Made by a program: the position numbers and the translations under genes. From an uncultured Candidatus Saccharibacteria bacterium (GTDB lineage: Bacteria; Patescibacteriota; Saccharimonadia; Saccharimonadales; UBA10212): a DNA stretch of 64,000 bases. Each line of letters begins with the position of its first letter. Positions within the stretch are counted from its first letter, which is position 1. This document shows positions 33,561 through 42,432 of the stretch, one piece after another. The notes beneath the pieces were generated by a model, which was not told the DNA's origin, ran no database searches, and was given only the letters and a program-made list of their open reading frames with translations. Location: assembly GCA_964442325.1 (NCBI GenBank), contig CAYTYX010000001.1, positions 57,485 to 121,484 on the forward strand, in the 5' to 3' direction.

Positions 33561-33799
33561 TTATTAATCATATTATCTTACAGGCGTAAGCTTTTTACTA
33601 ACTTTTTAGGCTTGCCCACCTAAGCGTAAGCCTATATAATTACCATTACTTGAGGTGGTCCACTGACCGCTATCAAAAACAAAAAAGGGAGGAAAATAAA
33701 AAATGCCAATTGAGGTAGTTGCCGTGCCATCGCGGCCAACCAAAATTTTAGTAAATATCGTCCGCCCCAGCTGGCGCGAATTTATTTTGTGCTAAAGCT

Positions 33800-34465
33800 C
33801 TAATGAATCTTGGCGGTGATTTCGGCTTGCAAGACCTGAACAATCTTGGTGGCGCTCGGGCCGGTAGCCGGGTCTATAAACTGGCTGTTGTCTATAAACT
33901 TGCCGTCTAGAAAGAAAGTCGGCGTAGCTTGGGCTTGGCCGGTCTTACCAAACGCGGTCATATCGGCGCTGATTGAATCGTTGACCTGGCTGCTGGCGTA
34001 GTCTTGATCGAACTTGGTGACGTTTAACCCTAACTGCCGGGCGTAGCCATCGAATATAGTTTGAGCTTTTGAGCTGCTGGCCCAAGCGCTCTGGTTGGCG
34101 TAAAGCAAGTCGTGCATCTGCCAATACTGGTTTTGCAAACCAGCGGCCTCAGCAGCACGGGCGGCACCGTAGGCATTGGGGTGAATGCTGGTGAGGGGCA
34201 GGTTGCTAAACTGGAAATAAATTTGGCTAGACAGCTGACTCTCGGCTTGTTTAAGTGGCAGGTAGTATTCGCTGCAAACCGGACATTCATAATCGCCGTA
34301 TTCAACCAAAGTCACTCCAGCCTTACCTTGGCCCTCGATGTGTTTGGTTGGTTGGCCGCCCGAGCTCGTGCCGTCGGAACTACCGGTTTTATGTTGGCTT
34401 ACGGCAAAAATACCGCCAAAAATTATCACTAGTCCGGCCAGAATCGCTAAAAATCGCCTATCCAT
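33800..34465 (-). CDS. DsbA-family thiol:disulfide oxidoreductase, membrane-anchored
   Basis: 221 aa with an N-terminal TM helix, a CPVC active site (YGDYECPVCSEYY) and a thioredoxin-like fold pattern. Confidence 0.8.
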   Translation of the reverse strand: MDRRFLAILAGLVIIFGGIFAVSQHKTGSSDGTSSGGQPTKHIEGQGKAGVTLVEYGDYECPVCSEYYLPLKQAESQLSSQIYFQFSNLPLTSIHPNAYGAARAAEAAGLQNQYWQMHDLLYANQSAWASSSKAQTIFDGYARQLGLNVTKFDQDYASSQVNDSISADMTAFGKTGQAQATPTFFLDGKFIDNSQFIDPATGPSATKIVQVLQAEITAKIH

Positions 34466-34542
34466 AACTTATCTTAAGAGTATAACATTTGCCACCACTA
34501 ATCAACCGCGTCGGCACGAGGTGCAGGCAGTAGAATATAGAT

Positions 34543-35469
34543 ATGCACTTAGTGATTGTGGCTATATCGGCAATTGTTCTGGCACTAACTATGATAGTGG
34601 CCCGTGGCTTAGAGCAGTTTCCGGTGATTGAACTGCGGCGTCGCGCCCGGGCAGGACACGATAGTAGCCTGTACCGTTTAAAGGCGCATGGCCGCCAAGG
34701 CGAGTGGCTGTTAGTAGTTATTGGCAGCGTTAGCCTGATAGTTTTATTAAAACAGTTTAGCGGCTGGCCATTTTGGATTGTTTTGGCTGCAAGTTTAGCG
34801 GTAATAATCTGGCCGTTTACGTTAAGTAAGGGCGGCTACTTGTGGCGACTAGTAAATATAACGTCCGGCTGGCTGGCTAAGGCCTTAACCCACCTGCCGC
34901 TTAGTCCGTCTACTACCCACCGCCCCAGCTACACCAAACTTTACGAAAAAGACGACTTGCTAGAGCTACTGCAGCGTCAAACTCGCCAGCCCGATAGCCG
35001 TATCAGCGAAGCCGAACTTAAAATTGCTGCCTCGGCGCTAACATTTGGTGACAAAAAAGTCCGCGACGCTATGGTGCCGCTATCTAAAACCAAGCGCGTA
35101 GCCGAGACCGACGACATCGGCCCGCACCTACTGGACGAACTCCATAAAACTAAAGCCGATAGCTTTATGGTCGTTAAAGACACCGGCAAAAGCGTCAAAC
35201 TCCAACCTACCGGCATACTGTATTTGCAAGACGCGCTGGCCCATTCCGATGGCGGCGTGGTCCGCACCGCTATGAAACCAATTGTTGAATTTATAGATGA
35301 AGACCTAGGTCTACTGCCAGCACTCGAAGCTTTTTTAGCTCGCAAGCAACACGTGTTTGTGGTTCAAAACAATTTTGAAGAGATTGTAGGTATGCTCAGT
35401 TTGCAAAACGTGCTCGAGCAGATTTTTGGCTCGCCGGCCAAGCCCGAACCAACCCCGGCCAAAAAGTAA
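34543..35469 (+). CDS. DUF21/CBS-pair (CNNM/HlyC-type) membrane protein without CorC_HlyC domain
   Basis: 308 aa with 3-4 N-terminal TM helices, then LKIAASALTFGDKKVRDAMVP...and EEIVGMLSLQNVLEQIFG, typical of the CBS pair of this family. Confidence 0.65.
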   Translation: MHLVIVAISAIVLALTMIVARGLEQFPVIELRRRARAGHDSSLYRLKAHGRQGEWLLVVIGSVSLIVLLKQFSGWPFWIVLAASLAVIIWPFTLSKGGYLWRLVNITSGWLAKALTHLPLSPSTTHRPSYTKLYEKDDLLELLQRQTRQPDSRISEAELKIAASALTFGDKKVRDAMVPLSKTKRVAETDDIGPHLLDELHKTKADSFMVVKDTGKSVKLQPTGILYLQDALAHSDGGVVRTAMKPIVEFIDEDLGLLPALEAFLARKQHVFVVQNNFEEIVGMLSLQNVLEQIFGSPAKPEPTPAKK

Positions 35470-35534
35470 AAATTACTCTTGCCAACCCCGCTCGCCGCCT
35501 CTATACTTTCCCTCAATTTGTGCACTGAGCATAT

Positions 35535-36047
35535 ATGAGCGAATTTCGTTTTAGCCCGCCCAACATTGCCAAAGAGCTAGCAGCCGAGCGGCTTAAGTCT
35601 ATTTTGGCACTGGATTTTCCTAGCTTGGAAACCTTGGCACCGCCATCCGAACTGGCAGAAGAGCAAAAACAGCTGATGCTCTACGTTATGACCCAGCACT
35701 TTATTGACGAAAATTGGATACCCCAATATCTAAGTCATCTTGCCTACACTTTTGGCTCGGAACAAAAAAGAATCGAAATGCCGGGATTTTCGCTAGATCT
35801 TCTCAGCAAAAGACTAGATGAGCATACTCTACGCAATATTCCGTCGTTGTTACATATTCAAGCCGAAGAACAAGCCGGCATGCCTGCTTTTGCCGCTTCA
35901 ATTCCAATCTGGCCGGACTATTCGCTAGATACCAGTCGCAAAATGCTTTTCTCGTTTAACAAGCACGAACTGCTAGAAAATGCCGGGCCAATTCTAAAAC
36001 GCATTCTCGTCAAAACAGCTGAAGCCATCAATCTGCCAATCGAGTAG
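35535..36047 (+). CDS. hypothetical protein
   Basis: 170-aa ORF with no recognisable motif. Confidence 0.5.
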   Translation: MSEFRFSPPNIAKELAAERLKSILALDFPSLETLAPPSELAEEQKQLMLYVMTQHFIDENWIPQYLSHLAYTFGSEQKRIEMPGFSLDLLSKRLDEHTLRNIPSLLHIQAEEQAGMPAFAASIPIWPDYSLDTSRKMLFSFNKHELLENAGPILKRILVKTAEAINLPIE

Positions 36048-36085
36048 ACTACCTAACCCATTAATTAACTGTTAAAATAACACCG

Positions 36086-37393
36086 ATGGAACGTGTACTC
36101 TCCCGCGATGTGGCTAAGCATGTCGGCAAGCAAATTACTATCCAAGGCTGGTTGCACAAAAAGCGCCTAATTGGCGGCATTAACTTTATTGTGGTGCGCG
36201 ACCGCGGCGGCTTAACCCAAGCTGTACTGCAAGATGAAAAAGAAGTAGAAAAACTGCGCGGCATGCAAATCGGCACAGTGCTGGCGATTACCGGCACGGT
36301 TAAAGATGAGTCGCGAGCGCCGGGCGGGGCCGAACTGCACGATGCCAAGATTGAAGTAATGGTGCCGGTTACCGACGAGTCACCAATCGAGATAGATAAA
36401 CCCATCAGCCATAAGTCCGACAACCTAGACACTCTTTTTGACACGCGCCACATCGGCCTGCGTAGCCCTCAGGAACAAAAAGTCTTTTTAGTCCGGGCAG
36501 CGCTACTGCGCTACATCCGCGAATTTTTATATAAAAATGAATTTGTAGAAATCAACACGCCCAAACTTTTGGCCGGTGCAACCGAAGGCGGCGCCGAAGT
36601 TTTTAAAACCGACTATTTTGGCAAAGAAGCCACGCTGGCCCAAAGCCCGCAGCTTTATAAACAGATGTTGGTTGGCGCGTTTGAACGTGTGTTTGAGATC
36701 GCGCCGGCCTTCCGCGCCGAGCCAAGCGCCACCACCCGCCATATGACCGAAGTTTATATGCTCGACATCGAATTTGGCTTTATCAAAGATCACGACGAAG
36801 TTTTAGACATGGTCCAAGATATGACCTACGACGCACTAACCAAAGTTTATAAAGACTACGCCGATGAACTTAAAAGCTGGAACGCGCCGGAGCTGGTGCT
36901 CAAAGAAAAATTCCCACGCTTTACGGTCAAGCAAGTCCACGAGCTCTACAGTAAAGCTACCGGTACCGACACCACTAAAGAAAAAGACTTACTGCCAGAC
37001 GAAGAGCGCTGGATTTGCGAACACTCTAAAAAAGAGCAGGGCTGCGAAGCCGTGTTTGTAACTAACTTCCCCAAAGAAGCGATGAAGTTCTACCACAAAC
37101 TGGCCGACGACGGCACGGTGCTGTGGGGCGACTTATTGTTCCGCGGGCTCGAGATTGCTACTTGCCCAGTGCGCGAAAACGACTATAAAAAGTTAACGCA
37201 GCAAATCAAAGACGCCGGCTTAAATGTCGAGAACCCATTATTCAAAACCTTCTTAGAGGCGATGAAGTACGGCCTGCCGCCACACGGCGGTTGCGGCTTT
37301 GGCATCGACCGGCTGGTCGAAAAAACAGTTGGCCTAGGCAATGTCAAAGAAGCCGCTTTGTTCCCGCGCGACATGAACCGTCTAACGCCATGA
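36086..37393 (+). CDS. aspS: aspartate--tRNA ligase, archaeal/type-2 (possibly non-discriminating)
   Basis: 435 aa with an N-terminal OB fold. Class IIb motifs: ATEGGAEVF, LAQSPQLYKQ, FRAEPSATTRHMTEVYMLDIE and GGCGFGIDRLV. Confidence 0.85.
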   Translation: MERVLSRDVAKHVGKQITIQGWLHKKRLIGGINFIVVRDRGGLTQAVLQDEKEVEKLRGMQIGTVLAITGTVKDESRAPGGAELHDAKIEVMVPVTDESPIEIDKPISHKSDNLDTLFDTRHIGLRSPQEQKVFLVRAALLRYIREFLYKNEFVEINTPKLLAGATEGGAEVFKTDYFGKEATLAQSPQLYKQMLVGAFERVFEIAPAFRAEPSATTRHMTEVYMLDIEFGFIKDHDEVLDMVQDMTYDALTKVYKDYADELKSWNAPELVLKEKFPRFTVKQVHELYSKATGTDTTKEKDLLPDEERWICEHSKKEQGCEAVFVTNFPKEAMKFYHKLADDGTVLWGDLLFRGLEIATCPVRENDYKKLTQQIKDAGLNVENPLFKTFLEAMKYGLPPHGGCGFGIDRLVEKTVGLGNVKEAALFPRDMNRLTP

Positions 37394-37923
37394 GTGAACA
37401 AGCTGCGTCTACAAAAATTGAGATAGAAGCACAAGACGGTATGTCACTTCACCAGCTAGGACCATACGACGCCCAGGCTTATTTTGATTTGATTGACGCT
37501 GACAGAGAACACTTAAGTCAATTTGGCGACGGTACTGCCATTAAATATCCTTCAGTTGACACGGTCAGAGAAAGCATCGTTAACCCTGAATATCCAACTA
37601 AGCTAAGGTTTGGTATCTGGCAAGGTGGGGCAATGGTGGGTAGCATAAATCTTTCTCCCGATACAGGCGCAAACTCTGCCGAAGTTGGTTATTGGATAGG
37701 TAAGCCTTACATCGGGTACGGTTATGCCCGCAAAGCTACCGAGGCGCTAATCGAGTACGTTTTTGAAGTGACGGATCTAGAAGTGCTATACGCGGAGGTG
37801 GCGGTGGGAAATGAAGCCAGTCGTAAAACTTTAGAAAGAGCTGGCTTTCAGCTCAAAGACGTTGGAAAGCACTGGTATTTTGAATTAACGCGCCCTAGCA
37901 ACACCAACCGTTTAGCTCCGTAA
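37390..37923 (+). CDS. GNAT-family N-acetyltransferase (RimJ/RimL-like)
   Basis: Met34 of track ORF 37291-37923. Its ATG overlaps the aspS stop (ATGA). Contains YWIGKPYIGYGYARKATEALIEYVF...GNEASRKTLERAGFQ. Confidence 0.75.
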   Translation: MSEQAASTKIEIEAQDGMSLHQLGPYDAQAYFDLIDADREHLSQFGDGTAIKYPSVDTVRESIVNPEYPTKLRFGIWQGGAMVGSINLSPDTGANSAEVGYWIGKPYIGYGYARKATEALIEYVFEVTDLEVLYAEVAVGNEASRKTLERAGFQLKDVGKHWYFELTRPSNTNRLAP

Positions 37924-37925
37924 TT

Positions 37926-38339
37926 ATGAGTGCCGAAGCAATAACCAGCTATGAATCATGGGCTGGTCATAAAGTCAGTGTAGTGAGTATGGAGATTGAG
38001 CCTAATTCCATAGCGCTAGGCGAAATTGGCCGAAACTTCTGGCTTACTAGCCAAAAAGAAGTAAATGCTCCAAGCTTTCTAGTAAAAAGCTGGGACGGTC
38101 GGGTAAGTTACCACGACGACGAAGCCCACATAGAAATCGAGCCGGTGCTTGGCGCTAAAGACGAAAGCCGACATTTAGTAGTTCCAATTAGCTACGACGA
38201 GTTTTTAGAAATCGTAAGTGGTAGTGCTCACCACAATAATTTTGTTGAAGTGAATGACACGCTGGATAGTACACGCCAATTTATCGAAACTTACGTTACC
38301 GCCGAACTAGACGGCTGCCCAGAGATAAGCATCATCTGA
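37926..38339 (+). CDS. hypothetical protein
   Basis: 137-aa ORF starting 2 nt after the GNAT stop. No recognisable motif. Confidence 0.5.
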   Translation: MSAEAITSYESWAGHKVSVVSMEIEPNSIALGEIGRNFWLTSQKEVNAPSFLVKSWDGRVSYHDDEAHIEIEPVLGAKDESRHLVVPISYDEFLEIVSGSAHHNNFVEVNDTLDSTRQFIETYVTAELDGCPEISII

Positions 38340-38346
38340 CAAAAGT

Positions 38347-38364
38347 CTCAAAAACCTAAATCCC
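38347..38364 (+). repeat. 18-nt intergenic motif ctcaaaaacctaaatccc, copy 1
   Basis: Exact match to 38944-38961. Lies 8 nt after a stop codon. Confidence 0.8.
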
Positions 38365-38391
38365 CCAGTCTAGCGTAAAATTAATGCAAAG

Positions 38392-38943
38392 ATGAAAAAC
38401 GTTTCGATCGAGTATGCCCATATTTACACAAAAGACAAAATCAGCGAGGAGCACGAGACCTCGCTTAAAATCCTAGGCGAACTTAGCAAGGAACTTAATG
38501 GCCAAACCACCAGTCTGGTAGTTATGGTCGACGATTACTCTTTTCCTGATCCGAGTTTTGACTATGGTGAGTTTACTAGTTGGCTAACAGTCAAAGGTTT
38601 TGAGCCGGACTTAATAATTAGAGAATCGCAGCTTATTCCTTTGTGCGACCAAGTCATCAGCCTGGTTGAAAAACCAAAACTACAAGCGCAAATATCAGAA
38701 TATATCCGTAACAAAAAATACCCATGCTCATTGTTTATAGCCGCTTGGTATTTGCTTAGACTTGGGCACTTAAGTTTTGATGGATTTAACCCCGAGCTTG
38801 TCGCCGGGAGGCTCATTAATATATTGCCAAAAAGTTTTAAGCCATTTGAGGACCAAGGCCTAGAAATAATTGCTTCAACTAAATTTGCCGAGGCAAAAGA
38901 CAGAATCGAGTATAAGTTTTTTGAAGGTCGACTAATCGCCTAA
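38392..38943 (+). CDS. hypothetical protein
   Basis: 183-aa ORF with no recognisable motif. Confidence 0.5.
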   Translation: MKNVSIEYAHIYTKDKISEEHETSLKILGELSKELNGQTTSLVVMVDDYSFPDPSFDYGEFTSWLTVKGFEPDLIIRESQLIPLCDQVISLVEKPKLQAQISEYIRNKKYPCSLFIAAWYLLRLGHLSFDGFNPELVAGRLINILPKSFKPFEDQGLEIIASTKFAEAKDRIEYKFFEGRLIA

Positions 38944-38961
38944 CTCAAAAACCTAAATCCC
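38944..38961 (+). repeat. 18-nt intergenic motif, copy 2
   Basis: Exact match to 38347-38364. Starts directly after the stop codon. Confidence 0.8.
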
Positions 38962-38974
38962 GGGTGGTTTAAAA

Positions 38975-39039
38975 ATGAAAAGGCCCGCTAACGAAAAAGC
39001 GGGTGTTGCGAACAATGATTCGTTCGCGAGCCTTTTCAT
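38975..39039 (-). terminator. branched (three-way) stem structure, probable terminator of the 39062-39547 gene
   Basis: Perfect 10-bp outer stem ATGAAAAGGC/GCCTTTTCAT enclosing two hairpins (CCGC..GCGG and GCGAAC..GTTCGC). TTTT follows on the minus strand. Confidence 0.5.
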
Positions 39040-39061
39040 AAGCGGGCTTGTTGGGTGGCGT

Positions 39062-39547
39062 TCAGCCGCCGACCCAGTGGTTCTCTCGTTGAGGTACGAA
39101 GTTGACCTCGACCTGACGGTCAGTTCCGAGCGTCTTCTTTAGGCGATCCCTCACCAGCCCCAACCGTTCTCCTGGGAAATGCATGAGGCCGAGCCGCCGA
39201 ATCAGTTCCTGATCGTCTGGGCCGAACTGATTGATCTCGTTCATAGACCCGACACCGTTACGGCTGGGGTAGTCGAACGCCCAGATGTGAACGATTGCAG
39301 CGACATCAGGCGTTGCAATCTCGATCGCGTCGCCCAACGTGATGTCGCCGGCCAGCATGATCACCGGCGTGATCTGCTTGTCCGGGTCGAGGAGACGCAG
39401 CTCCTTGTTGTCCCAGTCGAGCGAGTTCATCGCCTTGGCCGTTGCCGTCTTGAGGGTCTCGCGCACGAGCTCGACTTTCGGGCGGCTGATGTTGAAGGCA
39501 CGATCCTCTAAACACGCCCTGTCGATGACCGCGGTTACGCCTGGCAT
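39062..39547 (-). CDS. hypothetical protein, high-GC orphan (weak tautomerase-superfamily resemblance)
   Basis: 161 aa with GGAGG 5 nt upstream. The N-terminal Met-Pro and the C-terminal VEVNFVPQRENHWVGG are reminiscent of 4-OT-family ends; this is very tentative. GC is clearly above its neighbours. Confidence 0.5.
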   Translation of the reverse strand: MPGVTAVIDRACLEDRAFNISRPKVELVRETLKTATAKAMNSLDWDNKELRLLDPDKQITPVIMLAGDITLGDAIEIATPDVAAIVHIWAFDYPSRNGVGSMNEINQFGPDDQELIRRLGLMHFPGERLGLVRDRLKKTLGTDRQVEVNFVPQRENHWVGG

Positions 39548-39675
39548 TAGGCCTCCAAAGTTCGTGCACGGTTGTCTGCCGTGCCAGCTCTACTCCTCGA
39601 GTTGAGGACTATAAAATAACATAAAACCAATATTTTAACAACTAGCCGTGAACCGGAATCTTGCAGAGGTTGGGC

Positions 39676-40392
39676 CTATAAACCAGCCGCACCGATGGCG
39701 TGGCCGATTGAATACGTAACAGCCATAGCTAGCGCGCCACCAATCGCTACCCGCAAAATCGCCTGCTTCATTGGCGCCCGGCCAAATTTGGCACTTAAGG
39801 CACCAGTTAAAATCAAAGCCACAATCACACTAACAAAAGTAACGATAACCCGGCTATGCGCGGGCGGAATTAAAATAGCCAACAGCGGCAGAGCAGCGCC
39901 AGCCAAATAAGCGCCAGCTGAAGCGCTGGCCGCTTGCAACGGATTGGCCAAATCGTTAGGGTTGATGCCTAGCTCGGCGTCCAAATGCGCGGCGTAAGCG
40001 TCTTTGCTAGAAAGTTCTTTGACCACTTCGCTGGCAGTATGGACAGACAGTCCTTTGGCCTGATAAATCTGGGCCAATTCCTGCCGCTCTTCCTTGGGGA
40101 AATTATCTAGCTCGTACTTTTCTTTTTTAATCATTGCCCGTTCAGTGTCACGCTGACTGCTGACCGACACATATTCGCCAGTGGCCATTGACACCGCGCC
40201 GGCAACTACGCCGGCCAAGCCGGCAGTCAAAATTGGCGTGCGACTGTTGGTTGCACCGGCTACGCCAACCACCAAACCGGCGATGGAAACAATGCCGTCG
40301 TTTGCCCCCAGTACGGCGGCTCGCAACCGGTTCAGTTGTTTAGTTGAGCTTTGGTCGAGGGCTTCGGCATTTTTGTTTTGGCTTTTATTCAC
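39676..40392 (-). CDS. VIT1/CCC1-family iron/manganese transporter
   Basis: LRAAVLGANDGIVSIAGLVVGVAGA motif and C-terminal TM helices. The track ORF starts at a TTG (40455). I prefer the in-frame GTG at 40392, which lies 6 nt after a minus-strand TATAAT. Confidence 0.75.
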   Translation of the reverse strand: MNKSQNKNAEALDQSSTKQLNRLRAAVLGANDGIVSIAGLVVGVAGATNSRTPILTAGLAGVVAGAVSMATGEYVSVSSQRDTERAMIKKEKYELDNFPKEERQELAQIYQAKGLSVHTASEVVKELSSKDAYAAHLDAELGINPNDLANPLQAASASAGAYLAGAALPLLAILIPPAHSRVIVTFVSVIVALILTGALSAKFGRAPMKQAILRVAIGGALAMAVTYSIGHAIGAAGL

Positions 40393-40406
40393 ACCAAAAT
40401 TATACG

Positions 40407-40424
40407 CCCAAAAATCTAAATCCC
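40407..40424 (+). repeat. 18-nt intergenic motif, copy 3 (16/18 match)
   Basis: cccaaaaatctaaatccc, in the divergent intergenic region between the VIT gene and the 40477 gene. Confidence 0.6.
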
Positions 40425-40476
40425 CGGATTCACGCGAACATTGCCATTTATACAAAAACAGTATATTATAATCAAA

Positions 40477-41490
40477 ATGAAATTACTCCACAGGGGCCAA
40501 GCCCCAGAGTCTTCTACTGGTTTATCGGCCGAACAAATTGTAGCCGATACTAACAAGGATAACTTCGACCAAGCCGTTACACCGGAACAATTCTTAAGTG
40601 TTAACCAAGAGCTTTTAGAGCGATCTACCGGACTATGGGGCTCTATAGCAAAAGTTGCCGATTTTGCTTCTAATAAAGACATCTTGGAAAGGCTTCAGTC
40701 TAATATGTCTACTTACAACCGCCCAGAATTCACCACCGAAACCAAAGGTGGTGTAATACGAACCTTCGTAAGCCACGAACTTTCCGGACTTGACGCCTCT
40801 AGGCTAGCGGCAGAGGCAGGCATACTCTTGCTGGTTGGGGCCCGCTATTACGCTCATACAGAAGGTAATTTTATAAAAGCTGGAGTTAGGTCAGCCAAAG
40901 AGCTGCATTTAGTTCCTAACCCCTTTGTCCGCAAAGTACTAAAAGAAACCTTCCCCCGCACAGACATTGCCAAGCACAGCTCGGATATCGTAGGTAATCT
41001 GGGTAGAGCAGATAGTGTAGCCAAAGAGGTATTGGGGGCTTTAGTTACCGAACTGTGGCAAGCACCGGACTTTGCTCAAGAATTGATAGCCTACACCAAA
41101 AACGGCGGATCTGATTCATCTCTTTGCCAAGAACTCAGTAGAATAATTGCCGTTGACTTGAGACGGCCTGATGACGAGCAAAGTATCCTACGGGCATTCC
41201 TCCAGGAGGTTAGAGACAGACCCGATTATTATCTGGACAATTTTGTAAAAGAAGTAAGTGAAAATGAAAAAAATCGCCGATACTCCCAAATTAGAGATAT
41301 GGCTCGTTTTGCCCTAATCCATGATGGGGTAGATACTCCGGATGGCGTAAATATAAGAGAAGCACTTAAAAATACATTCCCGAGATGGAAATCATTTGAA
41401 CAAATATCTGAAGCCTTTAGCGAATTCAGCAAGGCCTCGACCGGGCCAACTGGAAGCATCCTTAGCTATATTGGCTGGGCCTATAAATGA
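40477..41490 (+). CDS. hypothetical protein
   Basis: 337 aa counted from Met13 of track ORF 40441-41490. No recognisable motif. Confidence 0.5.
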   Translation: MKLLHRGQAPESSTGLSAEQIVADTNKDNFDQAVTPEQFLSVNQELLERSTGLWGSIAKVADFASNKDILERLQSNMSTYNRPEFTTETKGGVIRTFVSHELSGLDASRLAAEAGILLLVGARYYAHTEGNFIKAGVRSAKELHLVPNPFVRKVLKETFPRTDIAKHSSDIVGNLGRADSVAKEVLGALVTELWQAPDFAQELIAYTKNGGSDSSLCQELSRIIAVDLRRPDDEQSILRAFLQEVRDRPDYYLDNFVKEVSENEKNRRYSQIRDMARFALIHDGVDTPDGVNIREALKNTFPRWKSFEQISEAFSEFSKASTGPTGSILSYIGWAYK

Positions 41491-41539
41491 CCTACACTTT
41501 AAGATACGGACTCATCGCACAAGAGAAGAGGTTGTGGAT

Positions 41540-42055
41540 ATGATTTGTGTCGTATCTGACATTTTTCTAGACCGTTATGACCGTAAACGATTTGATTCCA
41601 GAAAGCGCGCCTCATTGCCAGACCAACACGACCTACTGGCCGAAGAAGCTAAGAGTGTTATTGAGGAATCCGCTCCCGTGAAAACGCTATATGGAGTGAA
41701 ACGAGCGATTAATAATGGCTACGAGCTACAGGCCGTAGAAATGGAAAAGCTTGGTGATGAGTTTAGGCTCGAACGATTTGGTCCGGACACGCAGGCGGAT
41801 ATAAAATTGATGATTGAAAGTATTATGAAACAACCGCTGGGTAGAGGGACCAAAAAGATGGTGTCTTCCAACGCAAAAGTACGCATAAACGGTAATCATG
41901 TGGTCCTAAGGCGGCTATCTCCGTTAGACAGGAAGATAGAGGGTAGAAACTCCAAAGAATCTATCCGGATTCGAATAAGCTACGCCATCACCAGTGGCGG
42001 CGTTGCCATTGTTGACATCCTAGGGCACGATGAATTTGATAAAAAATATAGCTAA
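41540..42055 (+). CDS. hypothetical protein, C-terminal part faintly RelE/ParE-like
   Basis: 171 aa counted from Met49 of track ORF 41396-42055, with GAGAAGAGG upstream. The C-terminus IRIRISYAITSGGVAIVDILGHDEFDKKY resembles the YR.R.GDYR.IY......V.I..IGHR...Y ending of RelE/ParE toxins. Confidence 0.45.
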   Translation: MICVVSDIFLDRYDRKRFDSRKRASLPDQHDLLAEEAKSVIEESAPVKTLYGVKRAINNGYELQAVEMEKLGDEFRLERFGPDTQADIKLMIESIMKQPLGRGTKKMVSSNAKVRINGNHVVLRRLSPLDRKIEGRNSKESIRIRISYAITSGGVAIVDILGHDEFDKKYS

Positions 42056-42153
42056 CTAGGTTCCTTGGTAGAAAAACAAGGCTCGGTGGCTGTGGACTAT
42101 AGATTCAGAAAATCTAAATTTCAGTTTTAGCCACCAAGGAATATAATTTGCTT

Positions 42154-42390
42154 ATGAGATCAGAAAATATAAGAAATTACGCAATAGCAATTGCTGTGCT
42201 GGTTGCTGGAATTGGTTACGGCGTGCATCAAATGCAAGTGGTAGCAGAAAACCACCGGTTTTTCGCGGCCCAAGTTCTTTGTGGGCGCCAAAAAGATAAC
42301 GCCTCTAACTTCAACGGCTACAATATCTGCATGGCCTGGCAAGGTTTCGGCAGTGGCAACTATAACATCGTCAACTCTTCTGGCCTGTAG
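42154..42390 (+). CDS. small membrane protein
   Basis: 78 aa from an ATG located 6 nt after TATAAT (42142-42147). One TM helix (YAIAIAVLVAGIGYGV). Confidence 0.4.
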   Translation: MRSENIRNYAIAIAVLVAGIGYGVHQMQVVAENHRFFAAQVLCGRQKDNASNFNGYNICMAWQGFGSGNYNIVNSSGL

Positions 42391-42432
42391 CTTTCCGTAA
42401 ACATAAGCAGAGCTTGATTTACGCTTAAGCTT

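Noticed and set aside
21000-33600. Prophage or tailocin containing the fibre array.
   Set aside because: No capsid, portal, terminase, tape-measure, sheath/tube, baseplate, holin/lysin, integrase or att repeats lie near the array. Its flanks are tatAC and an NRAMP gene, and the small ORF after paralog 5 ends 1 nt before the NRAMP stop. A structural partner encoded elsewhere in the genome cannot be excluded.
33703-33795. 30-aa plus-strand ORF (MPIEVVAVPSRPTKILVNIVRPSWREFILC) with a strong AAGGGAGG SD, between dsbA and the NRAMP gene.
   Set aside because: It is tiny, has no recognisable features, and lies in the promoter/leader region of the minus-strand NRAMP gene, so the purine tract may be coincidental. 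I also looked for a yybP-ykoY-type Mn riboswitch in this leader and did not recognise its conserved core.
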